Below are positions 47,557-61,099 of a stretch of DNA of 64,000 bases, one piece after another (within the stretch, counting starts at the first letter, position 1; each line of letters begins with the position of its first letter). Source of the DNA: Escherichia coli (GTDB taxonomy: Bacteria > Pseudomonadota > Gammaproteobacteria > Enterobacterales > Enterobacteriaceae); the NCBI RefSeq assembly GCF_050920415.1, contig NZ_CP169309.1. One strand, 5' to 3'. A model generated the notes under the pieces. That model did not search any database, was not told the origin of the DNA, and saw only the letters and a program-made list of their open reading frames with translations. Position numbers and translations under genes: made by a program.

Positions 47557-49508
47557 ACCGCCCACAGGATGGCAGCAGCAGCACTAATCTTAACGCCTAC
47601 GGAACAGCCGGAATTAACGCGGGGGCATGGCGCTTACGCAGTGACTATCAGTTGAATCAAAATGATGGCAATGATAACCATGAACAGTCAGGCGAAATAT
47701 CACGTACCTATCTTTTTCGCCCGCTACCGCAATTAGGTTCAAAATTAACCCTCGGCGAAACGGATTTTAGTTCCAATATTTTCGACGGTTTTTCTTATAC
47801 CGGCGCGGCACTGGCGAGTGACGACCGGATGTTACCGTGGGAACTGCGCGGCTACGCTCCACAAATTAGCGGTATTGCACAAACCAATGCCACGGTGACG
47901 ATCAGTCAATCAGGCCGCGTCATCTACCAGAAAAAAGTCCCGCCAGGTCCGTTTATCATTGATGACCTTAATCAGTCCGTCCAGGGTACGTTGGATGTCA
48001 AAGTGACGGAAGAAGATGGTCGGGTGAACAATTTCCAGGTTTCGGCAGCATCGACGCCTTTCCTTACGCGCCAGGGGCAGGTTCGCTATAAACTTGCTGC
48101 CGGTCAGCCGCGAACATCTATGTCTCATCAAACTGAAAATGAAACCTTTTTTAGCAATGAAGTTTCCTGGGGGATGCTGTCAAATACCTCGCTGTACGGC
48201 GGCCTGCTGATTTCGGGTGACGACTACCATTCTGCCGCAATGGGTATCGGGCAAAATATGCTCTGGCTTGGCGCGCTATCGTTTGATGTCACCTGGGCCA
48301 GTAGTCAGTTTGATACTCAGCAGGACGAGCGGGGCTTAAGTTACCGCTTTAATTACAGCAAACAAGTGGATGCCACTAACAGCACGATTTCGCTCGCCGC
48401 TTATCGCTTCTCAGATCGTCATTTTCACAGCTACGCCAACTATCTGGATCACAAATACAACGACAACGATGCGCAGGACGAAAAACAGACGATCAGCTTA
48501 TCCGTGGGGCAACCGATTACCCCACTGAACCTCAATCTGTACGCCAACCTGCTGCATCAAACCTGGTGGAATGCAGACGCCTCCACGACCGCCAACATCA
48601 CGGCGGGTTTTAATGTTGATATTGGTAACTGGAGAGATATCTCTATTTCGACGTCATTCAATACAACCCATTACGAAGATAAAGATCGCGACAACCAGAT
48701 TTACCTGTCGATTTCGCTTCCCTTCGGTAACGGTGGTCGGGTCGGTTATGACATGCAAAACAGTAGCCACAGCACCACACACCGCATGTCGTGGAACGAT
48801 ACGCTGGATGAACGAAATAGCTGGGGGATGTCTGCTGGACTACAATCCGACCGTCCGGACAATGGAGCCCAGGTGAGCGGTAACTATCAGCACCTGAGTT
48901 CAGCGGGTGAGTGGGATCTTTCTGGTACTTATGCTGCCAATGACTACAGTTCTGTTAGCAGCAGCTGGAGTGGTTCTTTCACGGCGACGCAATATGGTGC
49001 AGCCTTCCATCGCCGCAGCTCCACCAATGAACCACGCCTGATGGTCAGCACCGATGGCGTGGCAGATATTCCGGTTCAGGGCAATCTCGACTACACCAAC
49101 CATTTTGGCATTGCAGTGGTACCGCTGGTTTCCAGTTATCAACCTTCCACCGTGGCCGTGAACATGAACGACTTACCCGACGGCGTGACGGTGACAGAAA
49201 ACGTCATCAAAGAAACGTGGATTGAAGGCGCAATAGGTTACAAATCACTGGCATCCCGTTCCGGTAAAGACATTAACGTCATCATTCGCAACGCCAGCGG
49301 TCAGTTCCCTCCCCTCGGTGCGGATATCCGTCAGGATGGCAGCAGCATTAGCGTGGGGATGGTTGGCGAGGAAGGACACGCCTGGTTAAGCGGAGTCGCT
49401 GAAAATCAAAAGTTTACCGTGGTCTGGGGTGATAGTCAGCGTTGCTCGATCCATCTTCCTGAACATATGGAAGACACCGCAAATCGCCTGATTTTACCTT
49501 GTCATTAA
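47557..49508 (+). pseudogene. ybgQ: Fimbrial usher gene, 3' fragment
   Basis: Usher reading frame resumes immediately after the IS (..RPQDGSSSTNLNAYGTAGINAGAWRLRSDYQLN..) and continues to the stop at 49508. Confidence 0.8.
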
Positions 49509-49522
49509 TTAAGGAAATGAAA

Positions 49523-50254
49523 ATGACATTTATGAAAGGACTTCCCCTTTTGTTGTTGGTTACCAGTCTGTGTAGCCACGCTGCACTACAACCCGACCGC
49601 ACTCGCATTGTGTTTAACGCTAATGATAAAGCTACCAGTCTGCGAGTAGATAATCGTAGCGATAAACTCCCCTACCTCGCTTATTCCTGGCTCGAAAATG
49701 AAAAAGGGGAGAAAAGCGACGATCTTCTGGTCGCCCTGCCACCGATACAACGTCTGGAACCGAAAGCAACAACGCAGGTGCGGATAGTCAAGCAAGCCTC
49801 GACCGCGAAATTACCGGGCGATCGCGAAACGCTATTTTTCTACAATATGCGTGAAATTCCTCCCGCCCCGGAAAAAAACAGCGACCATGCCGTTCTGCAA
49901 GTCGCCATCCAGAGCCGTATCAAGGTGTTCTGGCGACCGTCTGCATTACGCAAGAAAGCAGGAGAAAAGGTCGAACTGCAGTTACAGGTCAGCCAGCAGG
50001 GCAATCAGCTTAGCTTAAAAAACCCTACTGGCTATTATCTGACCATCGCGTATCTTGGGCGAAATGAGCAAAGCGTTCTCCCGGGCTTCAAAACTGTGAT
50101 GATTGCGCCTTTTAGTACAGTAAGTACAACCACTGGAAATTATAGTGGCAGCCAGTTTTATCTCGGTTATATGGATGATTATGGCGCATTACGCATGACA
50201 ACGCTCAACTGTAACGGGCAATGCCGTTTACAGGCTGTGGAGGCGAAGAAATGA
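49523..50254 (+). CDS. ybgP: Periplasmic fimbrial chaperone (PapD-like)
   Basis: Signal peptide and chaperone fold signature; AAGGA RBS; start chosen at ATG 49523. Confidence 0.85.
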   Translation: MTFMKGLPLLLLVTSLCSHAALQPDRTRIVFNANDKATSLRVDNRSDKLPYLAYSWLENEKGEKSDDLLVALPPIQRLEPKATTQVRIVKQASTAKLPGDRETLFFYNMREIPPAPEKNSDHAVLQVAIQSRIKVFWRPSALRKKAGEKVELQLQVSQQGNQLSLKNPTGYYLTIAYLGRNEQSVLPGFKTVMIAPFSTVSTTTGNYSGSQFYLGYMDDYGALRMTTLNCNGQCRLQAVEAKK

Positions 50255-51312
50255 GTGCTGGCAAGGGATTGTTGCTCATCATCTGTCTGTTATTTCTACC
50301 GTTAAAATCTGCGCTTGCCCTGAACTGTTACTTTGGTTCATCCGGTGGTTCGGTAGAAAAATCGGAATCTATTCAACCATTTGCTGTGCCAGGGAATGCC
50401 AAACCCGGCGATAAGATCTGGGAGTCTGACGATATTAAAATTCCCGTCTATTGTGACAACAATACTAACGGCAACTTTGAGAGCGAGCATGTCTACGCCT
50501 GGGTAAACCCGTACCCGGGAATTCAGGATCGCTATTATCAACTCGGCGTAACTTACAATGGTGTTGATTATGATGCTAACCAGGGAAAAAGCCGCATCGA
50601 CACTAACCAGTGCATCGACAGCAAAAACATTAATATTTATACCCCTGAGCAGATCATCGCGATGGGATGGCAGAACAAAATTTGCTCTGGTGATCCCAAT
50701 AATATTCATATGTCGCGTACGTTTCTCGCTCGCATGCGGTTATACGTCAAGATACGAGAGATACCGCCGCATGATTATCAAAGTACGCTCAGCGATTACA
50801 TTGTGGTGCAATTTGATGGCGAAGGAAGCATTAATGAGGACCCAACCGCCCAAAACCTGAAATATCATATTACCGGTCTGGAAAACATTCGGGTATTGGA
50901 TTGCAGCGTCAATTTTTCTATTACCCCAGCCAACCAGGTCATTGATTTTGGTAAATTTAATGTACTGGATATCCGGCGACACAACATGACAAAAACATTC
51001 GGTATTAAAACGACAAAATCACAAAACGATCAATGTACCGACGGATTCAAAGTCAGCTCCTCGTTTTATACCGAAGAAACGTTGGTTGAAGAAGATAAAG
51101 CATTGCTGATTGGTAATGGTCTGAAACTACGTTTACTGGATGAAAACGCTTCGCCCTATACCTTCAACAAATACAGCGAATATGCCGACTTCACCAGTGA
51201 CATGCTGATCTACGAAAAAACCTATACGGCTGAACTTTCGTCTATTCCCGGCACTCCCATTGAGGCTGGCTCCTTCGATACCGTGGTGCTTTTTAAGATT
51301 AACTATAACTAA
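50251..51312 (+). CDS. ybgO: Fimbrial protein or tip adhesin
   Basis: 353-aa secreted protein from [31 protein letters not shown]; overlaps the ybgP stop. Confidence 0.8.
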   Translation: MSAGKGLLLIICLLFLPLKSALALNCYFGSSGGSVEKSESIQPFAVPGNAKPGDKIWESDDIKIPVYCDNNTNGNFESEHVYAWVNPYPGIQDRYYQLGVTYNGVDYDANQGKSRIDTNQCIDSKNINIYTPEQIIAMGWQNKICSGDPNNIHMSRTFLARMRLYVKIREIPPHDYQSTLSDYIVVQFDGEGSINEDPTAQNLKYHITGLENIRVLDCSVNFSITPANQVIDFGKFNVLDIRRHNMTKTFGIKTTKSQNDQCTDGFKVSSSFYTEETLVEEDKALLIGNGLKLRLLDENASPYTFNKYSEYADFTSDMLIYEKTYTAELSSIPGTPIEAGSFDTVVLFKINYN

Positions 51313-51462
51313 TTTCCCATGATGCCCTTTGCAACCGAAAGGGCATCTCTTTCAGAAAATTGCTGATTTTCCCCTTTTCCTTGATTGCTGTTATTTTTTC
51401 CTGGCCCGGCTTTCTTTATGCTGTATCGATACACCAAAGAGAAAATAATGAGGAAGCGAAGG

Positions 51463-52509
51463 ATGCCAGTTTTGCAGTGGGGAATGTTATGTGTGCTTTC
51501 ACTTCTCCTTTCTATTGGCTTCCTCGCGGTACATCTTCCGGCGGCACTATTACTTGGGCCAATGATCGCCGGAATCATCTTTAGTATGCGCGGAATTACT
51601 CTGCAACTTCCCCGATCCGCTTTTCTCGCCGCCCAAGCCATTCTTGGCTGCATGATTGCACAAAACCTAACCGGTTCGATTCTCACCACGCTAGCGGTGA
51701 ACTGGCCGATTGTGTTAGCTATTTTACTGGTGACGTTACTTTCCAGCGCCATCGTGGGTTGGTTATTGGTGCGCTATAGCTCACTGCCTGGAAATACCGG
51801 TGCCTGGGGTTCTTCTCCTGGCGGCGCGGCGGCAATGGTCGCTATGGCGCAAGATTACGGCGCAGATATTCGCCTGGTGGCATTTATGCAATATCTGCGA
51901 GTGCTGTTCGTCGCGGGGGCCGCTGTTCTGGTCACCCGCATGATGCTGGGCGATAACGCTGAAGCGGTTAACCAGCAGATCGTCTGGTTCCCGCCAGTGA
52001 GCATTAATCTCCTGCTTACAATTTTGCTCGCGGTCGCTGCCGGTACGGCGGGATGCTTGCTACGTCTTCCTTCCGGCACGATGCTCATCCCGATGCTGGC
52101 AGGCGCGCTGCTCCAGTCTGGTGAGTACATAACCATCGAACTACCGGAATGGCTTCTGGCGATAGCCTATATGGCAATTGGCTGGCGGATTGGTCTTGGT
52201 TTCGATAAACAAATATTACTGCGAGCATTGCGCCCGCTACCGCAAATCTTGCTGTCGATTTTTGCTCTGCTGGCTATTTGTGCAGGTATGGCGTGGGGAC
52301 TGACCCGGTTTATGCATATTGATTTTATGACTGCCTACCTCGCCACCAGTCCCGGCGGGCTTGATACCGTGGCGGTCATCGCCGCAGGGAGCAATGCCGA
52401 TATGGCGCTTATTATGGCGATGCAAACCCTACGCCTGTTCAGTATTTTGCTGACGGGGCCAGCCATTGCGCGGTTTATTTCAACCTATGCGCCGAAGCGG
52501 TCGGCCTAG
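51463..52509 (+). CDS. abrB: AbrB-family membrane protein (putative regulator/transporter)
   Basis: 348-aa polytopic membrane protein from [14 protein letters not shown]...; the track ORF is extended upstream. Confidence 0.85.
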   Translation: MPVLQWGMLCVLSLLLSIGFLAVHLPAALLLGPMIAGIIFSMRGITLQLPRSAFLAAQAILGCMIAQNLTGSILTTLAVNWPIVLAILLVTLLSSAIVGWLLVRYSSLPGNTGAWGSSPGGAAAMVAMAQDYGADIRLVAFMQYLRVLFVAGAAVLVTRMMLGDNAEAVNQQIVWFPPVSINLLLTILLAVAAGTAGCLLRLPSGTMLIPMLAGALLQSGEYITIELPEWLLAIAYMAIGWRIGLGFDKQILLRALRPLPQILLSIFALLAICAGMAWGLTRFMHIDFMTAYLATSPGGLDTVAVIAAGSNADMALIMAMQTLRLFSILLTGPAIARFISTYAPKRSA

Positions 52510-53297
52510 TGCTGGCAGCCTGGACACCAGTAAAACGGGCGCGAGGACAACGTGGTTTTCTCAATGATGCTGCCACAACGTTCGCACGGTTCGCCATCAC
52601 GATGAAAAACCTTAAAGCGAAACAGCGCCCCATGATGTTTATTCTCATCCACCTGCCCCCGCGTAGCGTAAGAAAGTCGAGGAATCTCCAGTAACGCGTG
52701 TGCGAGTGCATCCAGTTGCGCCGCATTGAGATCTTTCGCTTTATGATTGCCGGTTAACCCCACCTGCCAGAGGATCTCCACCCGCAAATAATTGCCAAGC
52801 CCAGCCAGAAACGCCTGATCGAGTAGTAATCCAGCAAACTGACGGTTACGAAAGCGCGGCGACAATAACCGTTCTTTCGCCGCCTCCGGCGTCAGTTTCG
52901 GATCCAGCACATCGGGGCCAACGCGTTGTAAAAACGGATGCGTGGTCAGTTGTTCCGGGGTCAACATCTCAATATCCGAGGCGCTATAAAGCAGAATGGT
53001 TTTGTCAGCCGTTTGCAGTTTTACCCGCAATACTCGCGTGGTCTGCGGCTCTTCGCCGGTATCAACCACGCGCCAGACGCCGTAAAGCTGATTATGGCTG
53101 TAGAGCGTTAACCCGTTGGAAAAATGAGTTAACAACGCCTTACCTCGCGTTTCCACATGGGTAACGTGTTGACCGATAAGTTGTGATTGATAAGGTTTTA
53201 ACTGCGGGAAGGCAAACCAGACATCAGTTAGAGGTTTGCCTTTGATCGCCGCCTCCAGGTTATCCGCTGCACGGCGGATCTCCGGGCCTTCAGGCAT
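52506..53297 (-). CDS. nei: Endonuclease VIII
   Basis: [15 protein letters not shown]... (Fpg/Nei N-terminal Pro-Glu) with a C-terminal zinc finger. Confidence 0.95.
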   Translation of the reverse strand: MPEGPEIRRAADNLEAAIKGKPLTDVWFAFPQLKPYQSQLIGQHVTHVETRGKALLTHFSNGLTLYSHNQLYGVWRVVDTGEEPQTTRVLRVKLQTADKTILLYSASDIEMLTPEQLTTHPFLQRVGPDVLDPKLTPEAAKERLLSPRFRNRQFAGLLLDQAFLAGLGNYLRVEILWQVGLTGNHKAKDLNAAQLDALAHALLEIPRLSYATRGQVDENKHHGALFRFKVFHRDGEPCERCGSIIEKTTLSSRPFYWCPGCQH

Positions 53298-53332
53298 GGT
53301 GATATCCTTTTTTCATTCTTTATTAAGCGGGG

Positions 53333-54067
53333 TTATGCTGCGACAACAATCCCCTTTTCGGCAAATGTAGAGCGTAGTCGGCGGGCGAACGCCAGTGCGT
53401 GTTCTCCATCGCCATGCAGGCAGACCGTTTGCGCCGTGACCGTTGCCCATTCGCCGTTGATACTTTTGACTCTGCCGTGTTGCACCATCTCCAACGTTTG
53501 CGCCAGCGCCTGTTCTTCGTTTTCAATCAACGCGCCTGGCTGGCTTCGCGGCACCAGCGAGCCGTCAGCCTGATAACCGCGATCGGCAAACACTTCCTCG
53601 CGCGTTGTCAGGCCATATTGCTTGCCTGCACGAATCAGCTCGCTTCCCGCCAGCCCGACGAGAATCAATGCCGGATCGCAAGCGTAAACCGCTCTGGCGA
53701 TGGCGTCTGCCAGTTGTGCCTCTTTCGCCGCCTGGTTGTATAACATGCCGTGCGGTTTGACATGACGCATTACGCCGCCTTGCGCACGGGCAATCGCTGC
53801 CAGCGCGCCAATTTGATACAGCGTCTGGGCATAAACGGTTTCTGGCGGCAGCTGCATAGCGCTGCGACCAAAATTTTCCCTGTCGGGAAAACTCGGATGA
53901 GCGCCAATCGCGACACCATTTTTTATTGCTTCACGCACGCAAGCGTGCATGATTTGCGCATCGCCAGCATGAAATCCACAGGCAATATTGGCAGAGGAAA
54001 CCAGCGTTAATAGCTCTGCGTCGCTGACACAGCCTTCGCCCAGATCGGCGTTCAGGTCAATTTTCAT
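53333..54067 (-). CDS. pxpA: 5-oxoprolinase subunit A (LamB/YcsF family)
   Basis: 244 aa; K-12 ybgL equivalent. Confidence 0.9.
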   Translation of the reverse strand: MKIDLNADLGEGCVSDAELLTLVSSANIACGFHAGDAQIMHACVREAIKNGVAIGAHPSFPDRENFGRSAMQLPPETVYAQTLYQIGALAAIARAQGGVMRHVKPHGMLYNQAAKEAQLADAIARAVYACDPALILVGLAGSELIRAGKQYGLTTREEVFADRGYQADGSLVPRSQPGALIENEEQALAQTLEMVQHGRVKSINGEWATVTAQTVCLHGDGEHALAFARRLRSTFAEKGIVVAA

Positions 54068-54989
54068 TGTGCAGCCGCCACGCTAATTGTTCGAAATAAC
54101 GTTGCTGATCTTGCCGTGCTTTCAGTGCCTCTTCCAGTGAACACTGGACAAAATGAATCGGCTGACCGAGCGGAATTTGCGCCAGATGGTACATATCAGC
54201 CTCAATGATACAGGCAATACGCGGATAACCACCGGTGGTCTGTGCGTCGTTCATCAATACAATCGGCTGGCCGTTATGCGGCACCTGCACCACGCCCGGC
54301 AACAAACCATGAGATAACAGTTCGCGATCGGTGGTGCGTTTTAAAATTTGCCCCTGTAAGCGATAACCCATACGGTTACTTTGCGGACTAAGCTGCCACG
54401 GCGAACGCCAGAATGCATCCTGCGAGGCGCGATCGAACTCATGATATTCCGGCCCCGGCAAGGCGCGAATGCGGTTGCCCCACAGCAGCTGTTTAACGCC
54501 CTGCGCTTCCATAAAATCACGCTTCGATTTGCCCATCGGGAGTCGGTCACCATCCTTCAGTAAACGGCCTTCCAGCCCACCAATCCCCACTTTAAGATCG
54601 GTACTGCATGACCCCATTACCGGCGGAACATCAATACCACCCGCGACCGCCAGATAACTGCGCATCCCGTGCTGCGGGCGTTTAAGCGTTAAACGCTGGC
54701 CTGCTTTCATCGGCAATCGCCAGCCAGTCCAGACGGCATTATCATCCAGCCGCGCTTCGCAACCTGCCCCCGTCAGGGCAAACCAACCATCAGTTTCGAA
54801 CTCTACCGTTAACTGACCGAGCGTTATCTCCAGCGCGGGGGCATTGGCGTCATTACCCACCAGCAGGTTAGCAATGCGTAACGCAGGCATATCCAGTGCG
54901 CCGCAGTGGCTGATACCAGACTGGCGAAAACCGTGACGACCGCCATCCTGCACAGTGGTATACATGCCCGCACGAATAATCTTCAGCAT
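54057..54989 (-). CDS. pxpC: 5-oxoprolinase subunit C
   Basis: 310 aa; K-12 ybgK equivalent. Confidence 0.9.
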
Positions 54990-55639
54990 ACTCCCTCCTT
55001 CTGCGGTACAAAGCGCACGCTGTCTCCCGGACGTAATAAGATGGGTTCGTCACGCGCCGGATCAAACAGGCTGAGTGAGGTATGACCAATCAACTGCCAG
55101 CCGCCCGGCGTTGCCAGCGGATAAACACCGGTCTGCGGCCCGCCGATCCCGACAGAACCTGCCGGAACGAGCAAGCGCGGTTCAGCGCGCCGTGGCGTGT
55201 GTAGTTGTTCCGGCAAACTCCCGAGATACGGGAAGCCCGGTTGAAAACCTAAAAACCAGACCACGTATTCCACAGAGGAGTGCAATTCAACAACCTGTTT
55301 TTCGCTCAATCCACAATGCGCCGCGACCACCGCCAAATCCGGTCCGCCTGCGCCACCGTAAACCACCGGAATTTCAATAAAACGAGACTCCGGCTCCAGC
55401 GCCTCACTCTCCTCCCACCAGCGTTGCAAACGCTCTATGGCATCCAGCGCCAGCGACTCAGGATTACGTAAAATCACCGTGATATTGTTCATGCCGGGAA
55501 TGGCTTCAACCACATTCGGCATATCCACCAGACGCTGCGCCAGTCGCCAGATCCGTTTCTGGCTAGCCAGCGTCACCGGCGGTTCCAGCTCCAGCACTAC
55601 CGCCGTTTCACCTATCAGATAACAACGCGCTCGTTGCAC
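54983..55639 (-). CDS. pxpB: 5-oxoprolinase subunit B
   Basis: 218 aa; K-12 ybgJ equivalent. Confidence 0.9.
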
Positions 55640-55661
55640 TTTCGATCCCTCTGATTATTCG

Positions 55662-56405
55662 TTATGCAGGATTAGGAATATCAATAAAGGTCACATCAAG
55701 ATCGGTATTTTCATTCAGCCACTCACTCAATGCGCGAATACCACCGCGTTCAGTGGCATGGTGACCCGCAGCATAAAAATGCAATCCCTGCTCGCGGGCT
55801 GAATGAATGGTCTGTTCAGAAACTTCGCCAGTAATAAAAGCATCCACGCCAAAACGCGCGGCGCTATCGATAAAACTTTGCCCGCCGCCCGTGCACCAGG
55901 CAACGCGCTGAATCACCTCAGGTCCGGTATCGCCACACCATAACGGCTTACGTCCCAGACGCGCTTCAATCCAGGAAGCCAATTCCAGTCCCGGCACAGG
56001 CATAGTCAGTTCGCCCCACGGCACTAACGGCTCAATTTCACCCAAGACCGTAATCCCAAGTAACGCCGCCAGCTGTGCGTTATTGCCCAGCTCCGGATGC
56101 GCGTCCAACGGCAGATGCCAGCCATACAGGTTGATATCATTCGCCAACAATGTTTTTAAGCGGTTACGCTTCATACCGCGAATTACTGGCGATTCCCCTT
56201 TCCAGAAATAACCATGATGCACAATGACCGCATCCGCGCCCAGACGCACCGCTTCATCGAGCAAAGCCTGGCTGGCGGTGACACCGGTAACAATTTTTTG
56301 CACCGTCTCTTTGCCTTCCACCTGCAAACCATTCGGCGCGTAATCACTAATCGCCGCGCTGTTCAGTTTTTCGTTAATCAGTTGTTCCAGTTCGGTGTTT
56401 TTCAT
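55662..56405 (-). CDS. ybgI: Nif3-family dinuclear metal-centre protein (GTP cyclohydrolase 1 type 2 homologue)
   Basis: 247-aa match to YbgI. Confidence 0.9.
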   Translation of the reverse strand: MKNTELEQLINEKLNSAAISDYAPNGLQVEGKETVQKIVTGVTASQALLDEAVRLGADAVIVHHGYFWKGESPVIRGMKRNRLKTLLANDINLYGWHLPLDAHPELGNNAQLAALLGITVLGEIEPLVPWGELTMPVPGLELASWIEARLGRKPLWCGDTGPEVIQRVAWCTGGGQSFIDSAARFGVDAFITGEVSEQTIHSAREQGLHFYAAGHHATERGGIRALSEWLNENTDLDVTFIDIPNPA

Positions 56406-56492
56406 CTTCGCGCCTTCCGTATTCTGATAGCTACACCGTTAACATAGCGTTACCTCGCCTGTTCGTCGATAGCCAATCTTTTGACATATTAA

Positions 56493-58157
<1,665 letters not shown>

Positions 58158-58169
58158 CAGGCCAGCACC

Positions 58170-58285
58170 GATGCCTGATAAGACGCTTAATGCGTCTTAT
58201 CAGGTCTGGATGTCCCTGCAATATATTGAATTTGCACTATTTGCCAGGCCGGAGAAGGCGTTCACGCAGTATCCGGCATCCGGGC
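58170..58285. repeat. REP elements after dtpD
   Basis: gatgcctgataagacgcttaatgcgtcttatcaggtc palindrome plus a second REP-like unit. Confidence 0.7.
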
Positions 58286-58305
58286 AAGATTGCCTGACGC
58301 GTCTG

Positions 58306-59724
58306 TTATTTCCCCTTCCTCGCCGCCTCATACGCTGCTAACGTTCGTACTCTCGCTTCTTTGTGATCGACTATCGGTTGCGGATAATCCAGCGTCACAC
58401 CTGCTTTCTGCGCCCACTTCCACGGTTCATGCACCGCTTTCCCTGGTACATCACGCAACTCTGGTAACCACTGGCGGATAAACTCACCTTCGTGGTCAAA
58501 TTTCTCGCCCTGAGTTGTCGGGTTGAAAATACGGAAATACGGTGCAGCATCAGTTCCAGTAGAAGCCGCCCATTGCCAGCCACCGTTATTGGCTGCCAAA
58601 TCACCATCAATCAGTTGCGACATGAAATATCGCTCGCCTTCCCGCCAGTCGATCAGCAAATCTTTCACCAGAAAACTGGCAGTAATCATCCGCAGGCGAT
58701 TATGCATCCAGCCAGTGCTGTTAAGCTGACGCATGGCCGCATCAACAATCGGGTATCCCGTTTTGCCTTCCTGCCAGGCCTTTAAATGGGCGGGATTGCT
58801 TTGCCATTGCACGCGGTCGGTCCAGGCAATAAACGGTCGATGTTTACACAACGAGGGGTAATACGTCATCAGATGACGGTAGAACTCGCGCCAGATCAAC
58901 TCATTAAGCCAGACGCTACCGGCCCCACCGTCCAGCGCCTGCGGCTGTTCCGCCAACAGGCGATGCAGACACTGGCGAGGCGATAACCCGCCCGTTGCCA
59001 GGCTGGCGGACAAACGGCTGGTGCCTTCCACTGCAGGAAAATCTCGTTGTTGCTCGTACTCCCCTGCTCCGCTCTGGCAAAACTGGCGTAATTGCGCAAT
59101 CGCCGCTTTCTCTTCCACCGGGAAATGCGCAGTATCGAAAGGCTGACGAGGATAATTCAGCGTAATGGATGGCGCGGCTTCTATCATTACGCTACTACGT
59201 ACTTTTGGCGCAGCGACGCACTCCGGCACCCCTTCTCGCAGCCGTTTCAGCCAGGCGTTTTTAAATGGAGTAAAGACTTTGTACATCTCATGATTACCAG
59301 TCATCACCGCCCCCGGCGGCAGGATCACGCTGTCATCAAATCCTTCACACACCACGTTACGCAGCGTTCTCTCAACCTGCACATCCCGCGCCCGCTCATT
59401 CACCTCATACTGATAGTTATAAAACAGATGAGTAACACGATTTTCCGCGCACACCTGTTTAACTATTTCGACGCTGGCGGCAAAGTCATCCACTTCATGA
59501 AACAGCAAAGGAATGCCTTTTTCCGCCAGCGCGATTTGTAGCCCGTTCAGTTGTGCATTGATAAATTCAGCCTGACGCGGCGACACATTATGCGCCGCCC
59601 ACTGGCGTGGTGTAGCGATATACAACGCCAGCACGCGTGCAGACGAATTGCGGCAGGCGGCAGCAAGCGCGAGATTGTCGTGCAGACGTAAATCCTGGCG
59701 AAACCAGACCAGATGGGTAGTCAT
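58306..59724 (-). CDS. phr: Deoxyribodipyrimidine photolyase
   Basis: 472-aa match to photolyase. Confidence 0.95.
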   Translation of the reverse strand: MTTHLVWFRQDLRLHDNLALAAACRNSSARVLALYIATPRQWAAHNVSPRQAEFINAQLNGLQIALAEKGIPLLFHEVDDFAASVEIVKQVCAENRVTHLFYNYQYEVNERARDVQVERTLRNVVCEGFDDSVILPPGAVMTGNHEMYKVFTPFKNAWLKRLREGVPECVAAPKVRSSVMIEAAPSITLNYPRQPFDTAHFPVEEKAAIAQLRQFCQSGAGEYEQQRDFPAVEGTSRLSASLATGGLSPRQCLHRLLAEQPQALDGGAGSVWLNELIWREFYRHLMTYYPSLCKHRPFIAWTDRVQWQSNPAHLKAWQEGKTGYPIVDAAMRQLNSTGWMHNRLRMITASFLVKDLLIDWREGERYFMSQLIDGDLAANNGGWQWAASTGTDAAPYFRIFNPTTQGEKFDHEGEFIRQWLPELRDVPGKAVHEPWKWAQKAGVTLDYPQPIVDHKEARVRTLAAYEAARKGK

Positions 59725-60230
59725 AAAACTCCTGCATGGCGCAAGTTAATCACCCGCGGCCAAAGTTCGAAATAACGCTGCTCTGAAAGCCAGGCGTCAG
59801 GATAAAGCGCCATATAGTGTTTGATACGCATCAGCGGCGCAAGAAGCGGTTGCTCGCCACGGCGATAACTGTCGATAAGCGCCGCCAGTTGTAGACGTGC
59901 TGCGGAGTCAAGGTGTGGGCGAAAATAACCCTGAACGTGCATCAAAACGTTTGTATGATCGCGCCGATTGGCGGGATGAGAAAGCAAAACAATGACGCGT
60001 TGGCGGTACTGGTTGTAATAATCATCCAGATTTTGCCACTGGTGAATATCTGCCACAAACGGGCCAAGTTTGCGGTATTCCGGCTGGGAATGGGCCAGAA
60101 AGACGAGTTTATAGCGGCTGTGATAATCGAGAAGCGCCCCGCGCGTTAAGCCGTGTGATTTCAGTCGATGTAACTCATGAAGGGCGAAGATACGGATTAG
60201 AGTGCTGTCATCAAATCGTTGCTGATTCAT
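59721..60230 (-). CDS. ybgA: DUF1722-family protein YbgA
   Basis: 169 aa, overlapping the phr start; K-12 synteny. Confidence 0.9.
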   Translation of the reverse strand: MNQQRFDDSTLIRIFALHELHRLKSHGLTRGALLDYHSRYKLVFLAHSQPEYRKLGPFVADIHQWQNLDDYYNQYRQRVIVLLSHPANRRDHTNVLMHVQGYFRPHLDSAARLQLAALIDSYRRGEQPLLAPLMRIKHYMALYPDAWLSEQRYFELWPRVINLRHAGVL

Positions 60231-60347
60231 TACTGCTCCTGAACGGTTTACAGGAGTAAGTGTAGACGTTGGGAAATGATATTTGTGAAGTTAATCCTGT
60301 TGTAGCAGGGCAAGATTACGAAAGCCCGCTCCCCGCAAGGACTGACG

Positions 60348-60893
60348 TCAGCTAGTTTCTGTCCATAGCTGCCCTTTCCATTCAAACGTGAAATCAATAA
60401 GTTCATCAGGGACATCGCAAACAATGTGAAGACGGATTTCTTCTCTGCCGTGACTCTTTTCACTAATTGCGTAACTGTCATGCTCTGGATTATTTAATTC
60501 TTTCAGCGGAAATTTTTCCTCGAAGGCTTTATTTAGCCGCCCCTGGTTTCCTTTTACAGCGAATAAATAATCACCTCCCTGTTTTTGTATCTTCTCTGCA
60601 ATATCTTTCTGGCAACCCATCGCATCAGTTGTGATGATTTTTCCTTTAATATCCAGCATGTTAAGAAGTTCCGGGGTAGCTGTAATCTCAATACCATTTT
60701 CAAAATCACCATATTGCTTCAAAAAATCGAGATGTGTTTCCCCAAAATCCTCTATATCTTCCCAACCTTCCGCACCCGAAATAACGGCGCAAATAGTCAA
60801 CAGTAGAATATCCGATAATTTATGCTCCACTTTCCAGGCTTGTCTGTAATCGGGGATAATAGAAATATGTTCCATCAATTTTTTAAGTTCCAT
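60348..60893 (-). pseudogene. ybfD: H-repeat-associated (ISAs1-family transposase-like) protein, shortened copy
   Basis: N-terminal 70 aa and a later block ([47 protein letters not shown]) match H-repeat proteins, but the ORF is 181 aa with an apparent internal deletion and early stop. Confidence 0.6.
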
Positions 60894-61099
60894 TTTGTTC
60901 TCCTTAATTATGTAAGGAGTATTTGATCATGTATAAGCAATAAAAAACAGCTTCAGGTAATGAGGAATATCTCAATTTTTAAACATAAAATGCGAATTAT
61001 TTAGTACAAAAAAGCAGCGTTAAGTGAGTAGGCCACCGGAACCTCCCCGACAGCCTCTCGCAGAACCGTACGTGAAACTCTCGCTTCATACGGCTCCCG

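Noticed and set aside
60248-60481. 77-aa ORF on the minus strand between ybgA and the H-repeat gene
   Set aside because: It overlaps the 3' end of the ybfD-like ORF in another frame and has no RBS or recognisable features.
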